Source of the DNA: Eledone cirrhosa
Taxonomy: Eukaryota
Reading direction: 5' to 3'
DNA length: 64,000 nt
NCBI GenBank assembly: GCA_964016885.1
Contig: OZ024757.1
Coordinates: forward strand, 43,834,001 to 43,898,000
Below the pieces are notes generated by a model. The model was given only the letters and a program-made list of their open reading frames with translations, was not told where the DNA came from and searched no databases. The position numbers were made by a program, and so were the translations under genes. Below, in pieces: positions 37,115 through 50,864 of this stretch (position 1 is the stretch's first letter; each line of letters begins with the position of its first letter).

Positions 37115-38195
37115 CTGAGAAATACTTCCCTGGAACTAAGAAGACCCCCCCCACCCCGAAAAGAGGCCCGACCCAGTGGTGCCAAACCAAAAGGTATGCT
37201 TTCTCTCTTTCTCTTTCTTTCTTTCTCTCTCTCGCATACACTTAATGTTAAAAGAAAAGCAAGCTTTGAAGTGACAAATAATTAGATACATTGATACGAC
37301 GCGTCGCCCTCATATCATGTATCTGTATGGCTGTCTGTCTGAACTTTCTAAATAAAACACACCCACACCCAACAAAGAGAACCAAATAGTTAAATTATAG
37401 AGTAGCCTAACTTGAGATTTTAATTTTTTCCATTTTTTTCATACACAAAAATACAGATCCATAAACATTTATGTGTGTGGATCTATGTATATAGATAGTT
37501 AGATGGACAAGGGTGTCCTCACATAGGAGGTTTCCCGGTTGTTGTAATGATAGACTCCAGTTCTATCCCGAAAAACTTGAAATGAAGCAACTGGCTTATT
37601 AATACAATGTGCTGCCAGACCTAGGGTTTGATGTTATGTTTATGAGTGCAGCACACTAACCATTGAAGCCCCACCATCACATACTGAACCTACATTAGAA
37701 CACTACCACACACTACAGCACTACCAGGCACTATAACACTGCCATACTACACTACCACCATCACACTACATCACCAACACCACCATTCTATATATTCAGA
37801 TATATCATATCTACCCCACCTTTAACCCTGGCTCTTTATAACCCCTAAAATCTCTATTTCAGATATATCGTCATTCCTACGTTACCTCTAAATATGTAAC
37901 TGCTTCACCACGGCCGTTGTTGTCCCTAATGAAGGGCTGGGCTCTGCTACGCAACAGCAATGTACCAGGTGGTTTTGAGAAATACTTCCCTGGAACTAAG
38001 GAGACCCTGCCACGAAAAGAGGCCCGACCCAGTGGTGCCAAACCATAAGGTATACTTAATCTCTCTCTCTCTCTTCTAGACACTTCTATAAGGTCATATA
38101 ATTGAACAGTGTGTCATTTCTAAAATGTGAAAAGAAAGGCAATGTTTTAAGTGACATAATTAGAAAGATATAGATACAACGCCGCACACTCATAT
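37115..38195 (+). repeat. Unclassified direct repeat pair (37115-37315 / 37975-38195); tail also at ~35980
   Basis: Shared gagaaatacttccctggaactaag...aaaagaggcccgacccagtggtgccaaacca and aatgt..aaagaaa..caa...tgaca..taattaga. Confidence 0.75.
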
Positions 38196-38521
38196 CATCT
38201 ATATATATAAAACTGTGTGTGTCTCCTCATTTTTGCAAAGTCTATACAAATCCACATTTCTACTCTGATTGGCTTCAAACTTGCATTTATATATTCCTTG
38301 TGGTCTAAAGATATTAACTGCAGCTTTTATTTTTCAATTTTCTGTTTTTAAAGAGGTGTTAGGCACCAGTTATCGATCTCCATCGTGCCCTTATAATATG
38401 TTTGTATGTCTGGCTGTCTGCATAACGACATTATGATCCATGACGTCAGCAATGACGTTAATCTTCGCCACATTCACACACACACGCGCATGCGCAGATA
38501 TGCATATATATATATACACAC

Positions 38522-38552
<31 letters not shown>

Positions 38553-38555
38553 TGT

Positions 38556-38608
38556 GAGTTTCAGAAGATCCCGTTAAGGGTGAAAGCAGCGATTCTTTGC
38601 TTAAACTT
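38556..38608 (+). ncRNA. Type I hammerhead-like motif with variant core CAGAAGA
   Basis: gagttt-CAGAAGA-t-ccc-gttaa-ggg-t-GAAA-gca-(9 nt)-tgc-tt-aaactt; second copy on minus strand at 50889-50941. Confidence 0.65.
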
Positions 38609-38901
38609 TAATCTGTTATTTTAATAAATATATATATATATATATCATAATTGAATATAAAAGAAAAACGAACACAGATATATACATGTGTTCAAATAGT
38701 AAGGCATGAGATTCGCTAAGGTGAAAATAATACTAACTATAGACAATTTAAGAATAAATCAATAAAATAAATACAAACTTGGCTGCTATCTTTAGTGGTG
38801 TGAGTTTGTGAGACACGCTAAGTTCAGATACCATGTGCGTTATATATACGCACACTATTCAGTTTTTTAATATACTTAGAAATGTCCATGATAATAATTC
38901 T

Positions 38902-38981
38902 TCATCCACTGATGAGCAAGAATTGGTATTCCTCTTCACAATTAATTTTGCGAAACAGCATTACCAAAGGTGTCTGGGTGA
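38902..38981 (+). ncRNA. Type I hammerhead ribozyme
   Basis: Stem I tcatcca/tgggtga; CUGAUGA 38909-38915; long stem II gcaaga../..ttttgc; GAAA 38952-38955; stem III cagc/ggtg (one mismatch); GUC. Confidence 0.85.
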
Positions 38982-39034
38982 TTGGTACTTACCACAATTC
39001 CGGTTTGTATTTCTTTTCTTGATTTATTCTTAAA

Positions 39035-40000
39035 TTGAGTCTGGCAAACCCTATTGTCTCTAGTTAGTATTCTTTTCACCTTAGCGAAGCTGAACCCGGT
39101 GGTCAAACGGATCGGTCCCACCCGTGACAGCAGTCGTTCGACATAGCCCCACAGATAGGCAATGCGCGAGCACTGTACAATGCGTGTGCAACTGTTTCCT
39201 CGTCGCACCCGCATCTGGGACAGATCTTTTTCGAGGGGTCTCTACCAGGGCGCCCGTGTCTGTAGAGCCTTTCTCGAACGGGCAGAGCCCCTCGGTGGCA
39301 CTGCCAGGCCAGGGACCTCTGGAAGTTATCCATAGGTCCCGGGCTGAATGTCCTACCGAACAGGTTGGCCAGTTCGTTTTCCTCCATGCCTAGGGCTTCT
39401 CCGAGGGTGTTGCCGCACCTGCTAACCACCAGCCCTCTATAGAATGACGAGTTGGATTCTCCACTGACAGCCGGGTCCGCCTGCCAGAGAGCCGTGAGCG
39501 CCTGGGCACACTCGGTGTGCCAGGCGCCCAATTTTCTCGGTCTTTGCTTGACCCAGGATTGCAGCTCGGTGAGCGAGACGAGTCTGGGAAAGGCTCGCCT
39601 CACAAACGGGGCCCACACCGGTTGACCGGTGATGAATACCTGGAGGTGCCGTAGCCTTAATGCGTGTTTACGCATCACCAGCCACGGCATCCCAGCCCGC
39701 CTTTCGAAGGGTGTTGACAGCAGATGGATCTCCTCACCATAGGAGCCCGCTTCTTCCAAAGGAATTGGAAGAGTGTGCGCTCCATTTTGGAGAGCGTTTC
39801 CCTTGGGCAAGGCACGACGGTCAGGCGGTAGTAGATGTGTTCGCCACCTCCGCCCGACGACGGCATTAACAACTCCAACTTCTGCAGCAGTGGCTCTAGT
39901 CATTACATACAGAAGGGAGGAGAGAGGGCACCCTTGTCGGATGGACCGCGCGATTTCGAACGGCTCCGAGAGGTAGCCGTTCACCTTGACAAGAGCAGAA
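39035..40000 (-). pseudogene. L1/Tx1-clade LINE fragment, internally deleted
   Basis: VKVNGYLSEPF.I.RSIRQGCPLS.LLY (RT); KGGLG; zinc-knuckle CPRCGCDEETVAHAL; GC-rich. Confidence 0.85.
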
Positions 40001-40009
40001 GTGCGTGCC

Positions 40010-40875
40010 TGCCTGCCTGCCTGCCTTAAGTCGTCCATGTTGTGGCTCCAGGTGAAGAGTTTGTACCTGAGCACAAATATGCGTGCTCATTTGCATGGTG
40101 ACATGTCTGCAGCATTTGGTCAGAATATTTTAGCACTTTGTGAGGGCAAGGTCCCTGCGGATGACAAAGGCGGAATAGCAATCGACTCCCTGTGCAACAT
40201 TGTGAGCAGCCCTTCTGACCTTTTGGAAGCAGTTTTTCCTAATGTCTCATCTAACTTTAAAAACCTCGATTAGCTCAGCGAAAGAGCCATCCTTGCTCGG
40301 AAAAATACCATGGTTAATTTTATTAACGAGCAGCTGATTGAGAAGATTCCCGCTAAAGAACACGTCTTCAAATCTATCGACCTGGCGTCAGACCCCGACG
40401 ATATCGTTAATTATCCGGTTGAGTTATTAAATTCCCTTGAGCCCCCAGGGCTCCCACCTCTTATTCTTAAGCTTAGGCTGTCCCATTATGCTAATAAGGA
40501 ACTTGCGTCCACCAAAGCAGTGCAACGGTACTCGCATGGTCGTCAAGTCAGTGACGCTCCACTTGATTGAGGCCACCATTGTAACGGGGTGCTGGAGAGG
40601 GGAGAATGTTTTCATTCCAAGGCTGAACCTTTGCCCCTCGGCGTCAGATATCCCGTTCGATTTCCGGCGATCCCAATTCCCGGTGAGACCATTTTTTTTT
40701 TTCCAAGTCCATTAACAAGTCACAAGGGCAAACATTGTTGGTGGCGGTCATCCATTTGGGGGAGCCATGCTTCTCCCATGGCCAACTTTATGTTGCCAGT
40801 TTCCGCGTATGGAGCAGGAATGGACTTTTTGCTTACACTCCTCAAGGGATGACACGCAATATCGTCTACAATGAA
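40010..40875 (+). pseudogene. Helitron PIF1 helicase C-terminal half
   Basis: ACLKSS.LW..L.TNMR; ERAILA.KN; LNSLEPPGLPP; GCPIMLIRNL.PPK.CNGTR; QFPVR; INKSQGQTL; FSHGQLYVA. Confidence 0.92.
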
Positions 40876-42844
40876 GTGCTATAGATGTTTGAGTTATGCC
40901 GTCTGGAAAACTGGTTGGGTCACCCATAGCGGACAGATCTGACACGCAGCGGCATCAGGGCCACCATCTTGCAACTTTGTTCTATTAAATTCGCTATTGG
41001 AAGATTATTAAGCCATCATTGATTGTCCAAAATGCTAATTGGTTCGTAACTATTAATAACCGGTTCAACTGCTTTATGCACTTAATTGATAAGATTATGC
41101 GCTTTCAAGCTACGTTTACCTGTATGTAACTTTTCATAGCAAATGAACAAACCCGAGTAACGCCGGGCTAAACTGCTAGTTATCAATAATGTTATATCTC
41201 GCAATGGCCATACTCGATAACGAGGGCGCAGTCATTATGTATGGTGTTGTGATTTTTATGTACAGTATATTATTATTAGATGGGTAACGTGCCTGCAGTA
41301 ATCGGTAGAGCGTCCTCTCAAAATGTTTGCATTTTGCCCAAAGCAGAAACAATTATTATTGTTGTTTGTAGTATTAGTAGTAGTATTCATTCTATTTTGT
41401 GTTCCACGTGGTTGATATTTCATCACCACAACACCACCACACCACTACATCACCACGCCACCACACCAACATACACCACCAACACACCACTACACCAACA
41501 CTGTCACCACCAGTTGGGCTACGTAGTCAAAGTGAAGGAAATAGAATTGGTGAAAGATAGACATACTGATAGAAAGATATATGTATATATAGAGAGAGGA
41601 GGGGGGTAGATAGAAAGACACAGTTATAGAGATACAGACAATTACGCGTGTTGTTGTTTCTTTGATTCCGATAATACACATGTGTATCTAACAGTGATGA
41701 TATGTCATATAGATTATTGAGAGGAAATGAATATTTACAAAGAAAAGCTGAAATATAATTTTAAAAAAATTAACGAATATTTATTTTTTATCTTTTGGAG
41801 TCAGTCAACATTTACCGCCATGTTCTTTGTTCTTTGTTAACAATAAAAGAATCTAATTTCTGACATACACCCTACTTCCGATCTTTAACCGCAGCCATTA
41901 TATCAGAATGTATCTGTGCGTATGTCAAACTGAGTGCATGTGTATGGGTAGGTGTATATATAAAAATGTGTGTGTGAGTTGGTCCCAGGTTCAATCTGGG
42001 GTAACCACAGTAAGGTACTCAATACATAGCAGAGTATAAATATTGAATCTAGAAATGTCTTCTGCAGGAGTAGAACTGTATATTATATATATAATTTGTC
42101 TGTGGTATATATAGATGAATGTTTGATGCTGAATCTCCCCGAGAATCACGCTCTAAGTGTTTATATTTATCTAAAAACCTTTATGTCCCAAACACTCTTT
42201 TCGGCTGAGTATTTTACAGCTGACAATGTAGCGACAGCCAGTTTTGGAGCATGGCACAACTATGCGAAGTGACCAGTGATATCATTATGAGGAGGAAGAG
42301 GCCAGTTTGCCGCACCGAATCCTTCTCACAGCGGCACCCCAATTTCGGAGCCGGGCCCTCTCCCCGCGATGGATACTTCTCAATACGAAAGACGACCGTG
42401 GCAGCCTGGGACTAGATTGCACTGTTATGAGAAGTGACAGTCCAGTTGGCCGCTCGAAACCCCTTTCACAGCGGCAGCACAGTATCGGATGCAAGTACTG
42501 TGAATTGGATGGACACTTCTCAATACAAAACGTGCTAAGGTGTGACTTGACAATGATGAGAAACCGGAACCAGACATTGTGAAGGACTGTTTGAGGGGAG
42601 GGATGTATGTATACGGTCATTAAAACACACGCACGCTCGTATATAATTCTCCTGAATGAAAGTTATAGTCATGTAGAAGTCATTACTATATTAAATATTT
42701 ATACTCTGTTATGAATTGAGTACCTTACTTACTGTTGTTAGCTGTGATTGAACCCGGAATAAACTTTACACGTTTTTGGAAACACCCTGTATATATATCA
42801 TTTGAGATGTAAATATCACATACTTAAGAGAGATAGATGTTAGA

Positions 42845-43900
42845 ACTCGAAAACTTGTCAGTGTTACTGGGAACTTTGGTGATGTGGATAGGCTGTACTT
42901 GTCATGCAAGGAAGGTGGCCGGGGTCTAAAATCCATATTAACATCATATGACACCCGGATAGTAACACTGAAGCAACATCTTCAACAGAGGAAAAGTTTT
43001 ATGGCCCAGGTTTATGAGCATGAAAAAAAAATATCATTAGGATAGCCACTGATCTGGAGGAGAGATATGGAATAAAGCCTGATATAAATCTCTCACCCAG
43101 AGAAATCGGAAGATCCTATTCACTGTTCAAAGAAGATGAAAAAATTGACCAATTTACAGAAAAAGTTGTGCACGTATACTTGAGACGTAAAACACAGACC
43201 ATAGAGGTGATAAACCACTCAAAAAGCCTGGCATGGAGTTCCGACAAGTTTATGACATGACACCTTGAGGGATATCTCTATGCAATACAGGAACAAGAAC
43301 TCCCTACCAAATATCTGCTGCACAAAAGAGGAGGGCCATCAGCTGACAATAAATGTAGGCTTATGTAAAACAAAGATTGAAGATGTAAGCGACATTGTTG
43401 CCAGCTGCGAAAGAATGTCATCTCGCTACTACCTCCCCATGAGACACGATGGGATAGCTAGAACGATCTGGAACGCAAACGAGGAAGAATATATCGAGAC
43501 AGATTGCACTAAGGAATACTGGTGGAACCTGAAAATAAAAACTGCCACCAAATTAAAGCACAACCGGCCTGATATTGTTGTTTGGGACCACCCATTGAAA
43601 ACGTGTTGTGGAGATCAGTTGCCCACTTGATGTAAACGTTGTCAGAAAAATACAGGAGGAGGACATCTCCGGACCATTGATGAGGAGTTTACAAATCCAG
43701 TATCCAAAATACACCTTTAGCTTCATACCCATCATTATTGGAGCTACGGGTTATATACCAACCCGCTTGGACCAAAGTATGACTGAACTTGGATTTGCTG
43801 ACAAAGAGCGCAGCTCCCTTCCCTAATTCATAGTCTACAAGTGGCTGCGATAGTTGGCACCTTCAAAATTTGCAAAACATTCTTGCGATTCAAGGGATGA
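42845..43900 (+). pseudogene. R4/Dong-clade LINE C-terminal fragment
   Basis: DVDRLYL..KEGGRGL; EGYLYAIQEQEL.TKY; CRLC....E...IV.SC; RHD; HNRPDIVVWD; EISCP.D; IPIIIGATG. Confidence 0.88.
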
Positions 43901-43998
43901 CAATTTCTTTTCTTTTACAACCTTGCCACCAGGAAGGTGACCGGTCAAAAAATATATTCGAAATTAAGAGAAAGAGATCACCTACATGTATGTGTGTA

Positions 43999-44047
<49 letters not shown>

Positions 44048-44838
44048 TTGTATATATATATTTATTTATTTATTTCATTATATTTGTTCCACTCCACGTG
44101 GTTTATATTTCACCACCACACCGCCATCAAACGACCACACCGCCATCAAACCACCACACCAACAACACTCGCCACCACCGCCATCATTTGAATTACGTTG
44201 TCAAACCCGACATGACAAGAAAATGAAATAGTTTCAAGAGTTTGACAAAATGAGATGTTTTGATTGGTGAGAAGGATGAAGGCGATGTACTGGCCTGTAG
44301 TGTATATGGGGGTGGGTGTGATGGTGAGATGTTGGTGACGGTCTGTGGATGAGGTGGGCTGGGTGTGGTGGTGGTGGGTTGGTATTTAGTGGGATGGGCT
44401 GTGGTGTGAGGTTAGTGGACTGTCTGTAGACGGGTTGGGGTGTGGTAGTGGCGCCTTTGTCTATGGTAGCGGCGTTTTTGGTGGTGTGGTGGATGTATTG
44501 GTGGCGTCAGGTATTTACATAGATACATAGACGCTCTTCGTCTGACAGATACCTTGTATATACGTATACGTACACACATATATGTATATATGTGCACATA
44601 TATTGTTGTATAAACACACACAACATAAGACACATACGCACATCCTTGCCCACACATATCGGCATACGCTCACACACAGCCATATGTATATGTACACACA
44701 TGTATGTGCATGCGCGCATGCGGACACGAATATGAAGAGTGGTGGAGTATCGGTGGGGGTGGCGAACGACAGAGATGGGGGAAGGACTCACACTCATGTA
44801 TGCAAGATATACACATACACACTCCCACACACGTATAC

Positions 44839-44875
<37 letters not shown>

Positions 44876-44977
44876 TGTACCGACAACACACACATACACG
44901 CACATAGTCAGATTTACCCATATACATATATGTAGACGTACACACACATACACATATGCATACACATACACATACAC

Positions 44978-45008
<31 letters not shown>

Positions 45009-45032
45009 TAGACATATGTATATACATGTGTT

Positions 45033-45064
<32 letters not shown>

Positions 45065-45412
45065 GATAAATTTGCGTACACGCACGCACACTTAAAACAC
45101 ACTATTGTTGGTTGGGGAGTGGAGGTATGTTTTGTCGGTGTTGGTGAAGTATGGAGTTGTTTTGTGGTGGTGGTGGTGGTGGTGGTGGTGGAGTTGTGAG
45201 GGACAAAAATATATATACCGGATCGAATACCGGTTAAAAGGTGAGATAGGGAACGCGGGGGAAAAGCGTTTATGGACGTACGGCGATGTGTGTTGTGGAC
45301 ATGGTGATGGTGGTGGTGGTGGTGGTGCTGGGGTGATATGTTCGGCAAGATGATTACATGATCAGAGGTTACGGTGTGTTATATGGTAGGCAGACGGGGG
45401 GTGGGGGGTATA

Positions 45413-45605
45413 TAATTGTTTCTACTTTAGGCACAAGGCCAGCAAATAGCCAGTGTATTACTGGTACTTTATTTTATCGACCCCCGTAAGGATGAAAGGC
45501 AAAGTCAACCTAGGCGGGATTTGAACTCAGATCGTAAAGGGACGTAACTATGCTTGAAAGCATGGCGTCCGACCCTCTACCGATACTGCCAATCCCCCAC
45601 CGTGG
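45413..45605 (-). mobile_element. tRNA-derived SINE, near full length
   Basis: Reverse complement of the 62832-63017 family including A and B boxes. Confidence 0.88.
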
Positions 45606-45879
45606 AGGGTATATAATACAGTCGATTTGGGATCGAGGGATATGTGTTGATGATGATTGTGGTTGTGTGTGCGTGCGACAGTACAGTTACAGGATCGAAT
45701 TTAACGTGGGGTTGCAAGTTAGGGTAGATAGAGGGAACATGGGGGGATGAGGATGTAGGCGTGTATGGTATGCACATGACGATGTGTGGTGTGGTGGTGG
45801 AGATGGTGTGATATGATCGACATTGTATTTACAAGGTCTCTTGTCATTGTGGATTGCAAGGTAGAACGTATCATATGGT

Positions 45880-46648
45880 ATATATATATATATATAAAAC
45901 TAAGGATGTCTGTATGAGTTTGAATCCCTAAACCTCGAGAAGCACCCAACCGACTGTTTTCAAACTTTACACCCGCGCCCTTATAATATGTCTGTATGTC
46001 TAGCTGTCTGCATCGCACTCGGCGCGTCAATGTATGCCTGTTAAATGGGCCGCAAACGCATTGATTCATTGTAAAGGCTACCAGTGGAAGCAACCGTAAC
46101 ACCCTCCAAATGTGAGAGAACGCAGTGAAAGTCACTATTAAGAGAACGTTCACATGGCCCTTTTTATGGCCACCACTTGAAATTGTTGATTGTTACCCGT
46201 AGTTACTGGAGTGTCAGTGAACGGCTTACAAATCCATTATAAGGGCCCTTGAAATAACTGATGGCGACCCTTTGGTTTGGGGCGGCGAGTGAACACGCAC
46301 ACGCCTCAAGGCCCATTTTATTGCACCACTCCTCTGTAAAATTGTTAAATTATACCTACTGTTTGGTAAACGTTTGTGAAGGTGCGGTGGACTGGTTCTA
46401 GAAGGCTCCATATGCTGTCCGATTGCACGTCATGCCTTGCTCAAGCATTGCAGACTTCCCTCTGACTCCTGTCACTTTATTAAAGTACAAAAGCACTCAG
46501 CCGATTTTCTTCACGTGGAAGGAAAAGCATACCTAATACTAATTGCATCAGAGCATTCGGTTTATTTTCTTTACATGTCCAGGCATGCAGTTTTTCCACG
46601 ATTAGGTCAAAATAACTTATCCCGTGCAACGCCGGGTACCACTGCTAG
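45880..46648 (+). mobile_element. Non-autonomous Helitron
   Basis: 5' tatatataaaact..tgtctgt; 3' cccgtgcaacgccggg hairpin + CTAG|T; shares cccttataatatgt..gtatgtct.gctgtctgcat with ~38388-38423. Confidence 0.8.
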
Positions 46649-47039
46649 TATTATATATATATATATATGTATATTGTTTTACTCTTTTACTTGTCCCAGC
46701 CATTTTGCTGAGGTCATGCTGGGGTACCGCCTTTAATATATTTTTCTATATATCTACACACACACACACACACATATATATATATCAATAAAAACGTATC
46801 CATGAAAGGCAAATCTTATCGGTTGGAAAACAAAATAAACTTTTGTATTTTATTTGATGAAAGTGCACCAAGCTTGTCTTGGTTGGCCTTGAAATATATA
46901 TAATAAAATAAATATGGTTTTATAAATAGTTTCCATTTATTTAATATCACGAAATATTTACTCCAGTAAATTGTTGAGTGCTCTAAATCAGTTATAAACA
47001 TTTGTTTGTCGGACTTCCAACAAATTAAATACAACTTCT

Positions 47040-47093
<54 letters not shown>

Positions 47094-47183
47094 CGGAGTT
47101 GTGTTAAGGAACCAGATGGACCATAATGCACCAGAGATAGCCGTCGAAACGGCTTGAGCTCTGCCGTCGGGGTCATACATCTT

Positions 47184-47220
<37 letters not shown>

Positions 47221-47385
47221 CACGTTGTTCTGATAAAACTATTAAATTTCTTCATAGAATAATAAATTTTGTTTTATTATTTGTTGCTATTGTTCTGTTG
47301 TTGTTGTTGTTGTTGTTACACACACACTCACAGACTTTGCTCATCTTTTGGCGGCAAAAAATAGCGGCAAAACAACATACATAGA

Positions 47386-47428
<43 letters not shown>

Positions 47429-47465
47429 GTGAGTATGTGTGAGTTACCCGCCACTTTCTTTTCCT

Positions 47466-47640
47466 TATAAATACAAGCCCCGTTTTTCATATCTTTCATT
47501 TCAGCCACAGATTTGAAAGATGACTTCAGGTTATTCTCATGGTATGCTTTAAGCCCTTTTTAGGGCTGCTCAGAGATACGCCGAAAACACAGCGTCCATG
47601 TTCACTCCTGGGACTGAGAAGAAAAGTCCCACAGGTCAGT
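47466..47640 (+). promoter_or_regulatory. Candidate TATA + Inr core promoter and first exon
   Basis: TATAAATA 47466; TCATTT with A at 47498 (32 nt downstream); CAG|GTCAGT donor at 47634/47635. Confidence 0.35.
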
Positions 47641-48659
47641 CAGATTTATATTTAATTTATTTAAAAAAAAAAAATAATTTCAATTTAATTTATATTTCTT
47701 AAAAAAAAAAAGAATTCAATTTAACTTATTTCTTTAAAAAAAAAGTTCAATTTCATTTAAAAAAAATTCAATTCAATTAATTTCTTTAAAAAAAAAAAGC
47801 TTTTATAGTTATGTTTTTGTATTTTAATCGGGGTAACATTTTCGATTTAATTAATTTCATCATATTGTTGTATATATACACACACACACATATATATACA
47901 ATTGTTATATATATATATATATAAGGTTGCAGTTATTCGAATACCTTGGAGTATTCGTTTTTATTTCTATGCTCTCTGAAATCCTGCCAAGGTCAACTTT
48001 GCCTTTCTTCCTTCCGTTTGGAAGTGGATAAAAAAAAGTACCAGTGAAATGCTGGGGTGAATTCTTCCTATCTATAGTTTTCTCGCAATTATCTTTTTCT
48101 GAATAAAAGTACCAGTCAAATACTGGGTTCCTCTCTTCTCTGCTTTTTCTCTGTCTATCTTTCTGGAAGAATTTTCTATTTTTAGAACTGGAGGAGTTGG
48201 TATTTGCTAGTGATTAAGGGAGAAAATGAAAGATATATATGTATATATATGTATATGTGTGTTGATGAGATTATGTAGAGGGGGGAAAAATCTGGAAAAA
48301 TCTGTTGAATTCACATGGTTGGTATTGTCTCTGTTCTCTGTTTTCAAAAGACTTATAAAAGCTGACTCAGTATTGTTTATCCAATAAAGTAGCAGTAATA
48401 CGTTATAGTTAGATTAACGTTAATTTTGTTCACTTGTAATTTAGAGAATATAAAATATAAAATGCACCATTAGAATATATAACTTATTTTTATTCCAGAT
48501 TCTCCTAAAAATTTGTCCCTGTTCAATTCCTTCTCTGCCACAAACCTCTCATTTTTGGATAGAATTTTTTTATTTATTTTTTTACGTTAGGTTAAACCAG
48601 CCAACCAATTTTTTTAAATATGTGTATATATATATATATATATAGTAGCTTATGAAACG

Positions 48660-48776
48660 TGTGTGTATATATATATTTATTTATATGTATATATATATAT
48701 ATATATATATTTATAATTTATAATTTATATATATATAATTTATATATATATATAATTTATATATATATATATAATT

Positions 48777-48814
<38 letters not shown>

Positions 48815-48842
48815 TATATATATATTTATATATATATATATT

Positions 48843-48879
<37 letters not shown>

Positions 48880-49040
48880 ATTTATATATATGTGTGTGTA
48901 TGTATGTCTGTATGTACGTGTGTGTACATGAATATATATTTATATATTTTTATATATATGTGTGTGTTTTTATGTGTGTATATGTGTTTGTGTGTGTGTT
49001 TATGGTTGCGCGTAAGTGTGTGAGTGAGTATGTGTTTTTT
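48660..49040. repeat. (TA)/(TTTA)/(TG) microsatellite
   Basis: Directly visible. Confidence 0.95.
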
Positions 49041-49500
49041 TGTTTTTTTGTGAATGTGTCTGTTGATTTTTGGCATATAGTTGATTAGTTTAAGAGAAGT
49101 TCGAAGATAATAGTAAGATATGCACTCAGTATTTTGAATCTGTCTGCAGAATTCTCTAGACCTTTGTCACTTAGAACCTTAATGACTTTAGCTTTTAAAG
49201 AATCTCCCCTTTTCTTTAATTCTATCGACTATGACTGACCCCCCACTGATTTTATAGACATCTGTTAGCTTAAGAGAAACTTATTGACAAGGAATGGTAG
49301 GCCATCCGGAACATGTTTATAGAATTCTGTCTGCCCTTGTTACTCTAAAAACATAATAAATAAAAATAAAAATAGCTTTGTAGAATTAGCTTTTAATGAA
49401 TTCCCTTTTCTATCAACCAACGACCTGCACCCATCCCACTCCCCACCCTCTCCTACCACTTGTAGAGACCTATAAATACCATATTTATTTTTTGATACCC

Positions 49501-49551
49501 AGATTCCTGATGATTTCAAATGAATGAAACAGTTCTAGTCCTGTAGAATCT
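49501..49551 (+). ncRNA. Type I hammerhead ribozyme
   Basis: agattc-CUGAUGA-t-ttc-aaat-gaa-t-GAAA-cag-ttctagtc-ctg-ta-gaatct; GUA triplet. Confidence 0.87.
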
Positions 49552-49631
49552 CATCTATATTAAAACTTATACTCTGCTATGTATTGAGTACCTTACTTAC
49601 TGTGGTTACCTCCGATTCAACCCGGAATAAC

Positions 49632-50260
<629 letters not shown>

Positions 50261-50864
50261 GAAAAGGTGAATATAAAATGAAAGTGTTTTTTTTTTAAAA
50301 AAAGGAATTTATTAGGTATCGACATGTTTCTGTAACAGACGAAATACCTATGTATCGCTGCTTGCGTAATCATATAATGTTAGCAAGTATTCGATAGCAA
50401 ATGTATAATCAGTTGTCACTTCAGAGATTTTGGATAAATTTGAAAAAATCAGAAAAATTGAAGTATTTATATTAGTTGTAATAGAGGAAGAGAAGTATAT
50501 GACAGATGGTAATTCAATTTACTGCTAAACAAGTATATAAATGGTTTTTAATGAGAATACATGAGTAAATGGTTTATTTTATCTAAATAAGAATTTTTGG
50601 GAGTGCCTATTTTAATCTATACTTGACCAATTGAACAATGGACAGGGCTGGTTATTTGGTGTAGTAGTATTAATTATAAAGTGTCGATTAAGGAAGGGGG
50701 AGATTTCGACTGCTACTGAATAACTTCCAATGCTAGTAGTCAGCTGGTATATGCATTAGGGAATTGAATTAAGAAATCTCATTTTATCTATAACAGTTTA
50801 TATTAAATGATAACCTGAAATTTTTATATTTATATTTATATATATATATATTTATTTATTTATA

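Larger units (their letters stand above)
38195..41179 (+). mobile_element. Composite Helitron with nested inserts
   Basis: 5' tctatatatataaaa; PIF1 C-terminal remnant; 3' cccgagtaacgccggg hairpin + CTAG|T at 41176-41180. That both ends belong to one element is inferred. Confidence 0.7.

Noticed and set aside
39103-40074. 323-aa ORF as a gene
   Set aside because: Chimera of antisense Helitron helicase and frameshifted Tx1 sequence.
44290-45410. G-rich GGT/CAC tracts as editing or G-quadruplex signal
   Set aside because: Low-complexity family also at ~37670, 41420 and 44110; no unedited partner to compare.
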